From NCBI GenBank assembly GCA_037379345.1, contig CM074517.1, forward strand, positions 47,166,577 through 47,230,576: 64,000 bases of DNA, read 5' to 3'. The notes beneath the pieces were generated by a model, which saw only the letters and a list, made by a program, of their open reading frames with translations, was not told the origin of the DNA and did not search any database. A program made the translations under genes and the position numbers. Below are positions 25,747-38,037 of the stretch, piece after piece (position 1 is the stretch's first letter; every line of letters begins with the position of its first letter). The stretch comes from Perna viridis. Its lineage: Eukaryota.

Positions 25747-27496
25747 TCTCGATGTTGTGATATCAAACAGTGGATGCTGATGAGGGGAACTACCATATAA
25801 CATTATTTTTATAGATAAATTACCAATTAATTTGATGACAATCATATAAGTAATAAATACCGGATGTTACATGTTCTTTTGTCGTATTTCATCGCCGTCG
25901 GTGACTTACACGACTTTACCACCATATGGAACTCAGTCAAACATGATAGACTGACACCTAAAATAGTTATAATTAAATATCAACTAACAGCACATGCTGA
26001 AAATAAGGTTCAATCCCTAAAAACAACACAAAACTAAACAAACAAGGCAGCCCAGGCAAATAACATTGAAACAAAATAATATAATTAATAAAAAAAAATA
26101 AATTGCAATCGTTTCCATTTTTAACCAAAAAAAAGAGAAAGAAAAAATACATTTATTTTACTGTGAAAATAAATCATATATCTTTATATTTATATTGGGA
26201 AAGGACAAAAATTAAACAATTACATTAAGTCGTCCTAACGACTCACGGTTTGAAGAAGTTGCAAAACAATATTTAAAAGAAAAAAAAACTTCATTCAAGC
26301 TAGAGGCATATTTTCCATAATATTCATATCAGCTCTTATTATTCCGTAATCTAAGCTTAAACATGTTTTATACTACACAATAGAATGGGAATTAGGCAAT
26401 AATTAGTATACAATCATAGACAATAACATCGAGTTCCGAAAGTTTTAATGCTTAAAAATCAGTATGAAATATATGTCGGTACTCCTAATTTAAAACTGTA
26501 CAGTCATTTCATGTACATCAGAAAGTTGTGTTTTGTGTTAAAAATACTTTTTATTTTCGTACGTTTGTGATTTGTAATACACTGGACATGAATTGAATAG
26601 TTTGTGTATTGTTCTATTGAACTGAAATCAATAATATGTATTTATATAGTTCTTTCTTCGTCATTATTCGGCGGCACATAGTGCCCAGACCGTAATAATT
26701 GAAATAAACATTGAAGTCCTGTTTATAACCATCTTCCGATGCTTTAATCCTTTAGAACGACTTGCTCAATCGTTTTACAAGACGACGAATGCATCAATTT
26801 GAATTGTTCAAATCCGATAACAGCATTACAATTTTTACATTGTCATTGCGGTCATGATTCTGTTACCAAGATTTTCAGTTTGTGGTTGTTTGTCCAAATT
26901 TCTAAATTCCTTGGAACAAATATTGCGAAGGTAATTATTCCAAATGTTTATTTATTTTCAAATTCGTGAGGAATTACATTTCTAAAAACACAAAATTTGA
27001 TCAGTATTTGACAATAATTGACACTTAGCAACTAAAACGGCAGAATTACAATGAAAGTTTTCCTGAGAAAATTTTTAAGTTCTCATTTATTCAGCGTAAT
27101 CAAGGGAACGTATACCAACTTAGCAACCAGAATATAACGAGTGAAAAAAATTGTGGCTAAACCAATGACGGTTTTGAAATGTAGTCGAGTAGAGATGAAG
27201 AAAAATTTTTTTTATAAAAAATGTCTATTTTCCACTTTTTCACTTCTCAACAAATGAAAAATTACGAAAATGAATAAAAACTATAAAACTGATATTTTTT
27301 TAGCCAAACGAATATGTTCTTCTGTTGATTAGTTTAACCAGATGGACCATGACATAATCCAAAAGTTATACATCATGTTACATTGATGCAGGAAATATGT
27401 GGCCAAAACAGCGTATGTTATAACTGAAGCTGTTGCAGTAATGTCGGAATTTGCCATTTATTATGCAATCGAAATAAATTGTTTGACAACAAGCGT

Positions 27497-27518
27497 GTAC
27501 AGTACTGTATAAATGACC
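27497..27518 (+). promoter_or_regulatory. TATA-box core promoter of paralog E
   Basis: tgtacagtactgtataaatgac, ~55 bp upstream of the ATG. Confidence 0.55.
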
Positions 27519-27564
27519 AGTCGCCCAAAAGTTCATCAGCTGATATTTTATATTCGCTAAGACG

Positions 27565-29557
27565 ATGGATCAACTTATTCTTTGTCTTTATGTGGTTATG
27601 ATTGCTGTTTTTTATGTTGGTGCTACTGGTAAGTTATGGTATACTATGTTGAATGTTGTATTTAAAAGCAATGATTGGAGGTCTAATCATGTTTCTGCTT
27701 AGGTTACATTTACTAAATATTAATATTATAAAGTAGTTTTCTAAATAAGTATTTAACATTTCTCCATAGTTTTATATTTGTCATTTACGTATACAAAATA
27801 CCTGGTGAATTACCCATAGTAAACTAAAAAAATACGAATTTGTCTAATGCCTCAATAATCTGATGAATCTTTTGATCTAGTCCAAGAAACTGAATGCCAA
27901 AGAGAGTTGAGAGTAAATACTGCCGCCTACAATGCAGTACCACCAAGAGTAGGACAGAGAATACCAGTATGTGATACCAATGGGAATTATGCTCCTAAAC
28001 AATGCTCTGGTTCCCAGTAAGTTTATTACAAGAATAATTTGGCCTTGGTTTCAAAAAGTACTTACTTATAAAATAGTTTGATACATATTTGTTGATTTTG
28101 CTATTTGTTGCAAAAAAGTGATAAAATGCATTTGTACTTTTACTTACTTTTGATTTCAAAATAAAGTATAAAAAAATATTAAAAGTTATTCACTTCATTG
28201 AATTTCATTTTTGTTGGTTTTTTCGTATTGACCAAGTTGTTAATGGATTAAACATCTTATTTATAGATGTATAAAATTGCATTCCTTCATAAACAAGACA
28301 TTACAATACTTGGGTCATCTATAAATTCTGGAAAACACTCGTTATTTATATACTAACAAATCTGAGGTGTATCATTCGTGTTTCGACTTTGAAACTCTAA
28401 TGCAGTAAAACTGACACATGGAGTCGAAATTGCCAATTGCGGCTTTCAACCATCAACGTGATCAATATCAATATTCGAGGGAATAGGTGCAACTGATAAC
28501 TTTATTCTCTCAAACTTGTTCTTTTAAACATATGATGTCAAAAATGAATAGAATATAGCAGATAATAACGGTTCTCTCTTTTCAATCAGCTCAATCTTTT
28601 GTCACAGCAATGGTAGCCATGTATGTGTACGGTATTTTCAAAGAATTTACTTACTTGCAAAAACTGTCACCGTGGAGGCCGTAGAAGATAACCAAAGAGA
28701 CATATGCTAATTAGATTGGAATCATATTAATATAATATCGTTTTTATGTTACGTTTTTTAACATTGAGTTTTAATTGATTTAACATAAAATCATAAGACG
28801 TTTAAAAAGTCATTCTCCTTTGATTTTTAAAGAATTCTATTAAGAATAGCGTTCTTTTTTTCAGATGTTACTGCGTTGATAGCGATGGTGTTGCTATTGA
28901 TGGTTACAGTGTTAACAATTGGGAAGCTGTAGATCAAAACTGCAGTAAGTAAATGTGTTTAAGTTTAAAGTAAAATGTTCTGAAGTATTTGTCCAGACAT
29001 TTCATCCTTTAATTATAAATAAAACTAAAACAACGAAATTTAGTCCCCAACGAAAACGTAACTTTCCATTCGTTTGTATGATGAATTTATAAATTCTATG
29101 AATTCAAAAATCTTCGAACTGTCGTTTTTTATAACAAAAACAAGAAAAAACACGAAAATTAGTACCCACAAATTTAAGTTCTTTCACAGTATAACAGTTT
29201 CTTTGACTATGTGGATAATTTGTTGATAGGTATCGTTATCTTCATTATCAGTTCTCACGATTAGTCTAGTTTGTTCCTCCTGATGCTTTCTGTTCTGATT
29301 GCAAAAGGTATTTCACTACTATAACATTATTCAAGCGTGTTGTTCTGGTAAACACATCTTAAATTTCAGACTGTGCAAGGAACAAGGCCGAATATTCAGC
29401 TCTTGGTATCATTGGCAAAATGTATAGGTGTTTACCTAATGGAAACTACGACCCAATCCAGTGCACCGGATCAGTCTGTTATTGTGCTGACCATAACGGA
29501 CAGAAAATAGGAACAGCCACTGTTAATATTGGACTGATAGGAGAGCTGAACTGTTAA
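27565..29557 (+). CDS. Secreted two-domain thyroglobulin type-1 protein, paralog E, 4 exons
   Basis: Exons 27565-27628 (MDQLILCLYVVMIAVFYVGAT), 27881-28016 (VQETECQRELRVNTAAYNAVPPRVGQRIPVCDTNGNYAPKQCSGSQ), 28865-28944 (CYCVDSDGVAIDGYSVNNWEAVDQNC), 29370-29557 (NCARNKAEYSALGIIGKMYRCLPNGNYDPIQCTGSVCYCADHNGQKIGTATVNIGLIGELNC*). TATAAA at ~27508; AATAAA at ~29577. Confidence 0.92.
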
Positions 29558-30924
29558 AACATTCATTAAATCTATAAATAAAATGTTAAATACATGGCAT
29601 CATATTTTATTATTATTATTACAAGCTTAAGTTGCCTTTGTTTGCAGTTTGTAGCTTTTTATATGACGAGAATGTGTATGGCGAATATGTCAAAGAAATA
29701 ACACCTCCAGCGGGATGGAAAATATCAGTTCAATGCCATCGAATGGTCTTCAATGAACAACAAAGAAACCCTCATACCACAGGGCAAGCTTCAGCTGGCC
29801 CCAAAACATCATTAGACACAGGTACAGTTAAAGAGTTGCTACTATATACTCAAGTAACATAAAAATAAACAGAATATGAAAACGAAACAAGACCTAAAGA
29901 GGCCAGAAGTTCACAACTTGGCGCAAAAATGCGGCGGGGTTAAAGAACTTTGGCGTGATCACAACCGCCACCCCTTAACAATCTGGCCACTGTGGACAAA
30001 ACATATTATACAAATAAACCCGTCCGTCTAAAAATCAGTTCAGAAAGGTCTGAAAACCTTGTTAAAACTGAAATAAAGAAACTGATTACAATTTACTTAA
30101 ATGTAAAAACTAATGACTACTAGCAGTTAAATGACAGGCCAGCATCAGACCAGTTTAAACCTACAAATAGTTATGTCCACATCGTATGTAAAATCAATTA
30201 CAATGCCTCCCATGCGGGGTTGAGAACCATAAGTTATACAACATAGCCTATGTCATGCCAAACACTGCTTTAAATATAGTGTTTTAATTTCTGTTATTTG
30301 CAACAATACACTTTATTAAACAATTTTGTTTATCATTGATTCTACCGCCACAAGGTATGTCTGAGTGACAAACTGAGTTTGCAAGCATATGGTATTCAGG
30401 CTAACATTTAAGCAAACAACAAAATAGGATTTTTTTTATTTAAGCTGATGGCTATGGAAAGTAATCAATAGTTTAAGGGTTACATTGACAAACTACATAA
30501 AACAATTAAATGGTAGTACTACATTGTTATCGCTACAAAACTATATTCAAAGGCAACATACTTCAACAAGAAATACCTCGGTCCATGGTTTTAAATACGG
30601 TTGTTACCAAAGTTGCTTTACATTAGCCTATTTTTGTGTGTGTGTTTTTTTTAAGGGTTCCTATATGTTATTCGTTCTTTTCAAGTTTTCTTTTCATTTC
30701 TGATGTCCTTCTTAAGATACTAACTCTTTATTATACATATCTAAGTCTAACGACTAACGAAGAGCTCGAAAAGGGCCATTTTTCCAGCTTGTAATCATAC
30801 GTATTGGTTTTGGCAATCAGTGTTGTCGAGACAGTTGGTTTCAGCGCACTCCCTCTTCCATTCCGGCGTAAATACACCAGTGGTGATTAAATAGCATTTG
30901 CTTGCTATTGTGTCATAATCGGAA

Positions 30925-31072
30925 AATCAGCAGTTACATCAGCACAAAGAATAGTTTACAAAAATAACAATTACTCATTATTTTAAGAAGAAACTGATTA
31001 TTTTTTTTACCAAGGATTGATATCTAAAAAGACTTTGGAAAAAGACGTTTTGAGACGCATTTCCTCATACCC
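30925..31072 (-). mobile_element. Penelope-like family 2 fragment
   Basis: Reverse-complement similarity to ~16978-17135 (atgaggaaatgcgtct...agatatc..tccttggta...tgtgctgatgt). Confidence 0.65.
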
Positions 31073-31544
31073 CTGAGGAAATGTTTAAAATGATTTCAAA
31101 ATGAAAACAATAGGCACCAAATTATGGAACTTATCATCCTCCTTAGGAATTTTAATTTAAGAGATATATCCTTTTCATTTGTCTTTGATTAATACTTTTT
31201 TTTTCTTCACAAAAATTATTTTGAAAAGGTAATTAGTCTTTAAATTCTAATTTTTTAATAATCCCTCCATTCATATTTGTATATGATTGCCATTATGTCA
31301 TTAGTATGCAGGAAAGGTATGATGGTATGCAAGAACCTTATTTTGGCCGACAAAGTAGAATAATGGTAATTATGATATAATGTATATTGATAAGTAATGG
31401 TGCATCTGTAAGAGTACGTAGAAAGCAGCTTAAGATGCCTTTTCGTTAGATATGTCACTACTTTAAGTTGAATTAAAACGAGAACAAGAAGACATTGATT
31501 CTCTGTCAGAGTGGTAAAGACCGTGAGGTCTTTAATTTGGAACA

Positions 31545-33214
31545 AAAGAAAGTTTTAAGTAGGTCAATGAGTGCTAAGGCTACATCAGTTTTCAAAGACC
31601 CCGATGTAGCAAAAACTGTCTACTATACATGACAAGTATGTTGTCGTACCAACAGACAAAGCCCAAAACAACATTTTTTTGTCTGCAAAACGTTTTATAT
31701 CCAATGTTTATTATCAGAGGTAGACGTAGAAAATAATAGCAGTGATAGGACCTACACTGCTACCACTCTCTCCAAAGAAGAGTTTGCAGAAAACCATAAA
31801 TATGTGCTATCGTCTTTTGGTCTCTCTACCAAGGACGATGATTGTGATTTACCGTCTATGTACTGGATTCCTAAACTTCACAAGAATCCATACAAACAAC
31901 GTTTCATAGCTGGATCTGCAAAATGTACCACCAAACCTCTTTCAAAACTTTAACTTCTATACTCACAACTGTCAAAGAGGGTCTACAGTCCTACCACAAC
32001 ACTTGCTACTCGCGTAGTGGTATTAATTCAATGTGGATCCTGAAAAATTCGAAAGATCTTTTGGAGACAATCAGTTTAAGACTATTATCTGAATATAATA
32101 GCATTAAAACCCATGTTTTTTCAACACTGTATACTTCTATTCCCCATACTCAGTTAAAATCCCGACTTAAAAACATTATACATCGTTGTTTTTCCAAAAA
32201 AGATGGTACACCTAGATACAAATATACAGTTCTTGGTAGAGATTCCTCATACTTTGTAAGAAATAATCCCAAATCATCTTCCAAATATACAGAGGAAGAT
32301 GTTTACAAAATACTGGAATTTTTAATCGACAACATATTTGTCCAGTGTGGGACGTGTTTTTCAACAAACGGTCGACATTCCAATGGGAACAAATTGTGCT
32401 CCTTTACTTGCTGACCTATTCCTTCACTCTTATGAGGCTGACTTTATAGCTGATCTGATCAGAAAGAAAGAATATCGTTTGGCTAGGTCCTTCGATCTGT
32501 TTCCGCTACATAGATGACGTATTATCTTTAAACAATCCTAATTTCGGGGATTTGATACATCGCATCTACCCAAAAGAACTTGAGATAAAGGATATTACAG
32601 ACACTGTAACGTCAGCCTCATATCTTGACCTACACTTAGAAATCGACGGTAAAGGAAAACTGTTGACCAAACTTTACGACAAACGTGATGACTTTTCATT
32701 CAGAATTGTTAACTTTCCTTTCATCTGTGGCAACATCCCTTCGGCTCCTGCGTATGGAGTGTTCATATCACAACTCATACGTTATGCCAGAGCTTGCCGA
32801 AACTACGCAGACTTTTTGTATCGCGCTAGAACTCTAACAAATAGGCTTCTGGAACAGGGTTATGTTGCTACAAGATTGAAGTCATCACTACAGAAGTTTT
32901 ATGGTCGTCATCATGAACTCGTGGATCGTATGGTGTATCCATCAGCACCATGAAAACTGATGTATTCAACGGGTCATAGTTTTCCTTTCCTCGTTTGTCT
33001 ACCCCGGACTTGACTTTTTATGAGCAACTCGGTGGGTGTTTCTAGCAGAGGACGCTTACCCTACCGGTGCTCATTTACTTTTGTTACTTTGTATGTATGG
33101 TTTTAGTTACTTTATGTTCTTTGTTGTGAATGTCTGTTTTCCATGTCTGGTCTTTGTCCCTGGATTACATTCTTTTGATTACTGCTATAACCTTGGTTCC
33201 CCTTATTACTCTTT
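31545..33214 (+). mobile_element. 5'-truncated, frameshifted Penelope-like retroelement (RT + 3' tail), family 1
   Basis: PLE RT motifs across frameshifts: VVVPTDKAQNN, MYWIPKLHKNPYKQRFIAGS, STLYTSIPH, IPMGTNCAPLLADLFL, FRYIDD, SYLDLHL..LYDKRDDF, AYGVFISQLIRYARAC. The ORF ends at ~32979 with no C-terminal GIY-YIG domain; a ~235-bp tail follows. Confidence 0.9.
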
Positions 33215-33563
33215 CATCATAGATCCTAGAAGACTTTGGATGATTTGTCTGTGGTTGGAGTTTTTAACTTCCGTATTTCCATATCAGAACTTCTCGGCCA
33301 TGTTACTTTTGTGTAACATATAGCTTTTGTAAATAATTTTCTGCCAGACCATCAGTGAGTCTAGTGTTATAGGTTGAATTCGTATAGATTACCTTCATTA
33401 GTACTTCGTCCTATATAAATAGGTAACGTCAGTTTTTTTTTCTGTGTGCATCAGAATTAGAAAATATAGTACTTGTTACTTTGGAATTAAAGAGTTCAAT
33501 GACAACGTGACATGCAAACATCACATTTTATTATTACTATAACGTAATGCTAGATTAAAAACA

Positions 33564-34896
33564 TTAACAAGTAAGTTCTTCAATCGATCCAATATGAACT
33601 GTTCTCTACCCGACTTGTTCTCCGTTCTGATTAACACAATAACAAACTGATCCTCTGCACTGGAGTGGTTCATAGTTTCCATTGGGCATACAAGAAAATA
33701 TTTTGCCAATCATTCCTGTTTCTTAACATTCTTAATAGAATGTTGAAATGCATCTTGTTTGATACTCTTTTTTATCCAGAGCACTGCTGAGGGGCGTAAT
33801 ACCCTTCACTATCACACACGGGTTTTCTCTGGCCAATGATCGGAGGATCTGTATTACTGGCGGCTATACTCTTTTATTAGTTTTTTCTGACTTGGGGCTA
33901 CTGGGGACAAGGTTTGCTAATTGACAAAATGTAGTAAATTGATACACATTGGTTAACACCCTGATTTCTTAAAGATTTTCCCAATAACATTTTAAATGTT
34001 AAATAGTTAATTTATCTTAAATAACCTACTTTAGCAGGGATTATGATTTTCACTGTTGATGCTCGATAAAATGCTATATGATATTGTATTAATCCAGTAT
34101 CAGTTTGCTTGAATGCACTGCTTTATTATTATTTTTTAATGTTACTTATATAATGGATGATCTATAGGCAGCATGAAAAACTAAAAACTAAACGATGGAA
34201 GATCTATAGGCAGCATGAAAACTAAAAACTAAACAATGGAAGATCTATAGGCAGCATGAAAAACTAAAAACTACACAATGGAAGATCTATAGGCAGCATG
34301 AAACCTAAAAACTAAACGATGGAAGATCTATAGGCAGTATGAAAACTAAAAACTACACAATGGAAGATCTATAGGCAGCATGAAAAACTAAAAACTAAAC
34401 GATGGAAGATCTATAGGCAGCATGAAAACTAAAAACTAAACGATGGAAGATCTATAGGCAGCATGAAAACTAAAAACTACACAATGGAAGATCTATAGGC
34501 AGTATGAAAACTAAAAACTAAACGATGGAAGATCTATAGGCAGCATGAAAAACTAAAAACTACACGATGGAAGATCCATAGGCAGCATGAAAACTAAAAA
34601 CTAAACGATGGAAGATCTATAGGCAGCATGAAAAACTAAAAACTACACAATGTTGAACTATGTAAAAGAATCTCACTAAAATATGTATGGAGCTCACCTT
34701 AGGTAGTCTGGATGATTATATTTCATAAAAAGTAATATTTACAAGATGGTGTAAATATAAGCAACTATTTATCTTTAAAAATGTAACGACAAAATATTTA
34801 CATGAATTACATATCATCGGCTGATGCTGCACAAATCATGCTCAAACCGTAAAACACGGCAGCTGCAAGCACCACGGCTGTCGTTATATGACACAT
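33564..34896 (-). pseudogene. Tg1-domain pseudogene F
   Basis: Signal-peptide-like exon ~34896-34811 (MCHITTAVVLAAAVFYGLSMICAASADD). Exon-2 remnant 33916-33772 (..SIAASNTDPPIIGQRKPVCDSEGYYAPQQCSG*) is frameshifted and stopped. Exon 3 is missing. The exon-4 remnant follows within ~60 bp (TGMIGKIFSCMPNGNYEPLQCRGSVCYCVNQNGEQVG*RTVHIGSIEELTC*) with an internal TAG at 33606-33608. Confidence 0.85.
34153..34651. repeat. Minisatellite, 41-42-bp unit, ~12 copies
   Basis: Unit gatctataggcagcatgaaaa(a)ctaaaaacta(a/c)ac(g/a)atggaa; lies in intron 1 of pseudogene F. Confidence 0.95.
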
Positions 34897-37800
34897 GGAA
34901 TTCTGATTTGTTTGTATGCGCAGTCTTTCGGTTTTATGCGCAAATTGGTGACATTGATAATTGTATTTAAACAGATATGTAGCATGTGTGTACAGCCGTC
35001 GGCGATTGAATTGACCATTCAATTGTAAATGTTTCGTATAACTTACATTAATATGTTAGGCTGACAAATAAAAACTATAATGCTGTCAATTATTGATGTC
35101 GAACTAGTGGTTAAACGACATTAGCAACGGTTATGAGTTTACAATAATGTAGCTGCCATTGAAATAAAAAAGTTTAAATTCTTAAGAGAAACAGAGAGGA
35201 ATTTTACTCCCACAAATCGGAAATAAAATAGGAATAGGGCAATTGATATCATTTAAAGGTACTTTCTCGGTCAAGATATCGGCTATTAATCTAAGTGTCT
35301 CAGTTATCATATACTTGTAATGTTATGTTATTTTTATATGTATCAATGATTACAACATCATCGTCACAAATTATAAAAACGCATTTATCAATCAATCATT
35401 TACTATTTACAGCAATATTTAAATTTCAGAGTGGTTGCAATGTTAAGATTAAGATATTTGCTGACTAGATTTATACAAGTCATTCCATTCCTTAAATATA
35501 GGCAAAATATGAATTTTAGAACATTTTTTTTTATTCTTATTTACAGTGTATTTGTTTACAAAAGAGTGTTATATATGAGCGGTAGTAAAAGGTTGCAAGT
35601 GAATTGGAAGCAAAATATTATTTATTTTTATACTGTAACCGTTCTGGGCAGACAAAACTAACTGACCTGATACTTACAAGTAATAAATGACCATTTTAAC
35701 AGCCCTGAAGTCACAAACATTGGTTCGAAGATAGCTGGATGTGGTCCGTTTCGAACCAAAAACACTTTGTTGCAGTTTTTTTTTTCTGACAAACATCACT
35801 ATTTTCACTTAAAAATTTGTTTAATATAAAGGGTATAGCAGTTATTGCATGCCACACTTTTACATAGACATTTTAGATCGGACCGATTAAAATGTCCGGC
35901 ATTTTTTTATTTGGGAGGGGGGTGTCATTTTTAACTTGATTCGTAGTGTCTAATGTTTTTTGTTAATGTACTTCTGTTTTATCTTTGCATTTTGATTTGG
36001 TTATGTCTGTTGAAGCTGGACTTCATCTTTCATGTTGTATTGGTCATAACAAATGCCCGAAGGTGTACATGTATACTTGAAAAAAGGACAATATATTATT
36101 TTAATTTTCCATCATACTTTAAACCCCAATGTAAAATTTTAAAATCGAAGCGTCAGAACAATCTATCGTTTTGAAAAAGGGGAGAAGTACAGAAAAGTAA
36201 GCATGAGATCAGAAGTAGGTTTAAGTTACAGAATACATAACACAAAAAGAAATATGGGAATAATGGTATAGGAGTTTTGCCGTTTTTTTCTGTCTCATGT
36301 ATCTGGCAAAACAGAAAGATAAAGATTCAATATTATAAGTTTTTAAAATCATAAATTTATGCTGTCATCTTTAAAAAAAAATACAAATATTCGGAATAAA
36401 AATACGCAATATAGTATTGTCTACAATCTAGTATTGATATTTTTTGTTCAGATAAAATTAGAAGAATAGTTGTTTTCAATGTGTCTTAAAGTTAAATAAA
36501 CAATCATTCATAGTGTAAGCACTTAACATATAAGGAAACATAAAATTGATATAAATGAACACTTTATTAGATATAATAAATAATAAATAGCTTTTGCGTC
36601 CCGCGCAAAATCATAGATACAAGTACATGCATACATTCAAATGAGAAAAGTTATCTAAGGTGAAATGTGATAAAATAACGTAAAGGGTAGACACAATTGT
36701 ACATGTCAGTATATATTAAATAGCACCATTATTTGCTGAAACGATCCGTAAATGAAAATGAGATGATGTATGATATGACAACCATTTGATTTTTAAGGGG
36801 GTAGGGTGATTTTTATATCCTACCTTTTTTATTTGGAGATGATATCGATACTGCTTTTTAAACAACAAAATATAAACTATAAACCATGAAGTATTAGGAC
36901 AATAAGATTTTCCGAACGTCCTATCCTGCCTTTTTATTTCAGAAAAGCTTGAATTATGTCTTATGATTTTAAATTTCATCCTAGCCCCAATAAGATCAAA
37001 TGCAGATTCATTTAAATTTTTTGTGATACATGTACTTGTTCTTACAATAAATATTCAATATAAATAATAATAATTACAGTATACAATTGCATTAAAATAA
37101 ATATACAATATATAACGGTTTGGTAAAACTTCCCATATACACGCATCAGAATAATGCTGAAAATGAGGCATATGGGCATTTTATTCATTTTGATATTAAA
37201 CCATTTCTCGACAAGCGAAAAATTCTCCAAATTGATTTTTAATATCAATTCAAGTATGTATGCAATGTGTCCTGCACATTTTGTCTTTGTATTTAATTAA
37301 CTTTGTGATATACCGGATGTATCACCTATCATTCAGAATCATAACAAATTCTTTTTTAATATCGGTTATTGAAACAAAATATTTGATAAATTCGCTACAG
37401 TTTAGGTAATAACAAGTAGCAACACCGGAAATAGTATAATCTGGGCAAGGACTACTTCCGTTATTCGAAACAAAAAAGTATGTAAAAGAATATTGATATT
37501 TTGAATTGGAAACAGTATTATTTGGGTAAGACTGAATTGAAAAATTTAAAACGGTACAACATTGATGTAAGATGTACAGCTTCGTCTTACGATTTAGCAG
37601 ATATCCATCATTAGACATATCTGTCTGAGGTAAGTCAATGCCGACATATTATTTGTTTTCTCCCCGGTTCGGTCAAATGTTGTATAGTCATTTAGACTAT
37701 GACCATAATTTGGCATTAATAAACGTACTCCATAAGAAAAGGTTTTTTAGGGGTTATCTCCCTAAATCAGCATTGTTTTCACTGATTCTGCCGAAAGTGT

Positions 37801-38037
37801 CAACAATGTGGTACGTTGTATTTCCTCACTGACGTCAACAACATTAATCCTATTCTTATTTACACGATGAGTATTTTGCATTGTTCGTCTAGATAATAGA
37901 ACAACATGAAACTCGTTGAGTGGGATTGTCTATTGCTTTGATTATTACGTCCATATACATGTATACAAATACACTTTGTAGGACAATGTCAAACTTATAT
38001 GACTAGGAAATGGGCAAGATTTTCTTTTTCTTTTTCT

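Noticed and set aside
16610-29557. Calling the Tg1 proteins saxitoxin-binding saxiphilins or toxins
   Set aside because: No transferrin lobes are present, and saxiphilin binds toxin through its transferrin-like part; sharing a Tg1 domain does not support that function.
9742-33323. Repeated hydrophobic ORFs such as MESELLICFCYFVCMILVTLCSLLCMSVF and MLPVFSGVRVAHLLLLLC
   Set aside because: They are translations of the T-rich PLE 3' tail in several frames, not a membrane-peptide gene family.
7930-33709. Antisense or off-frame ORFs overlapping Tg1 exons (7930, 8588, 17492, 18299, 21866, 23230, 33521)
   Set aside because: They are shadows of the real Tg1 exons.
34153-34651. CRISPR-like appearance of the 42-bp repeats
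   Set aside because: There are no unique spacers and no cas genes, and the context is a eukaryotic intron; this is a minisatellite.
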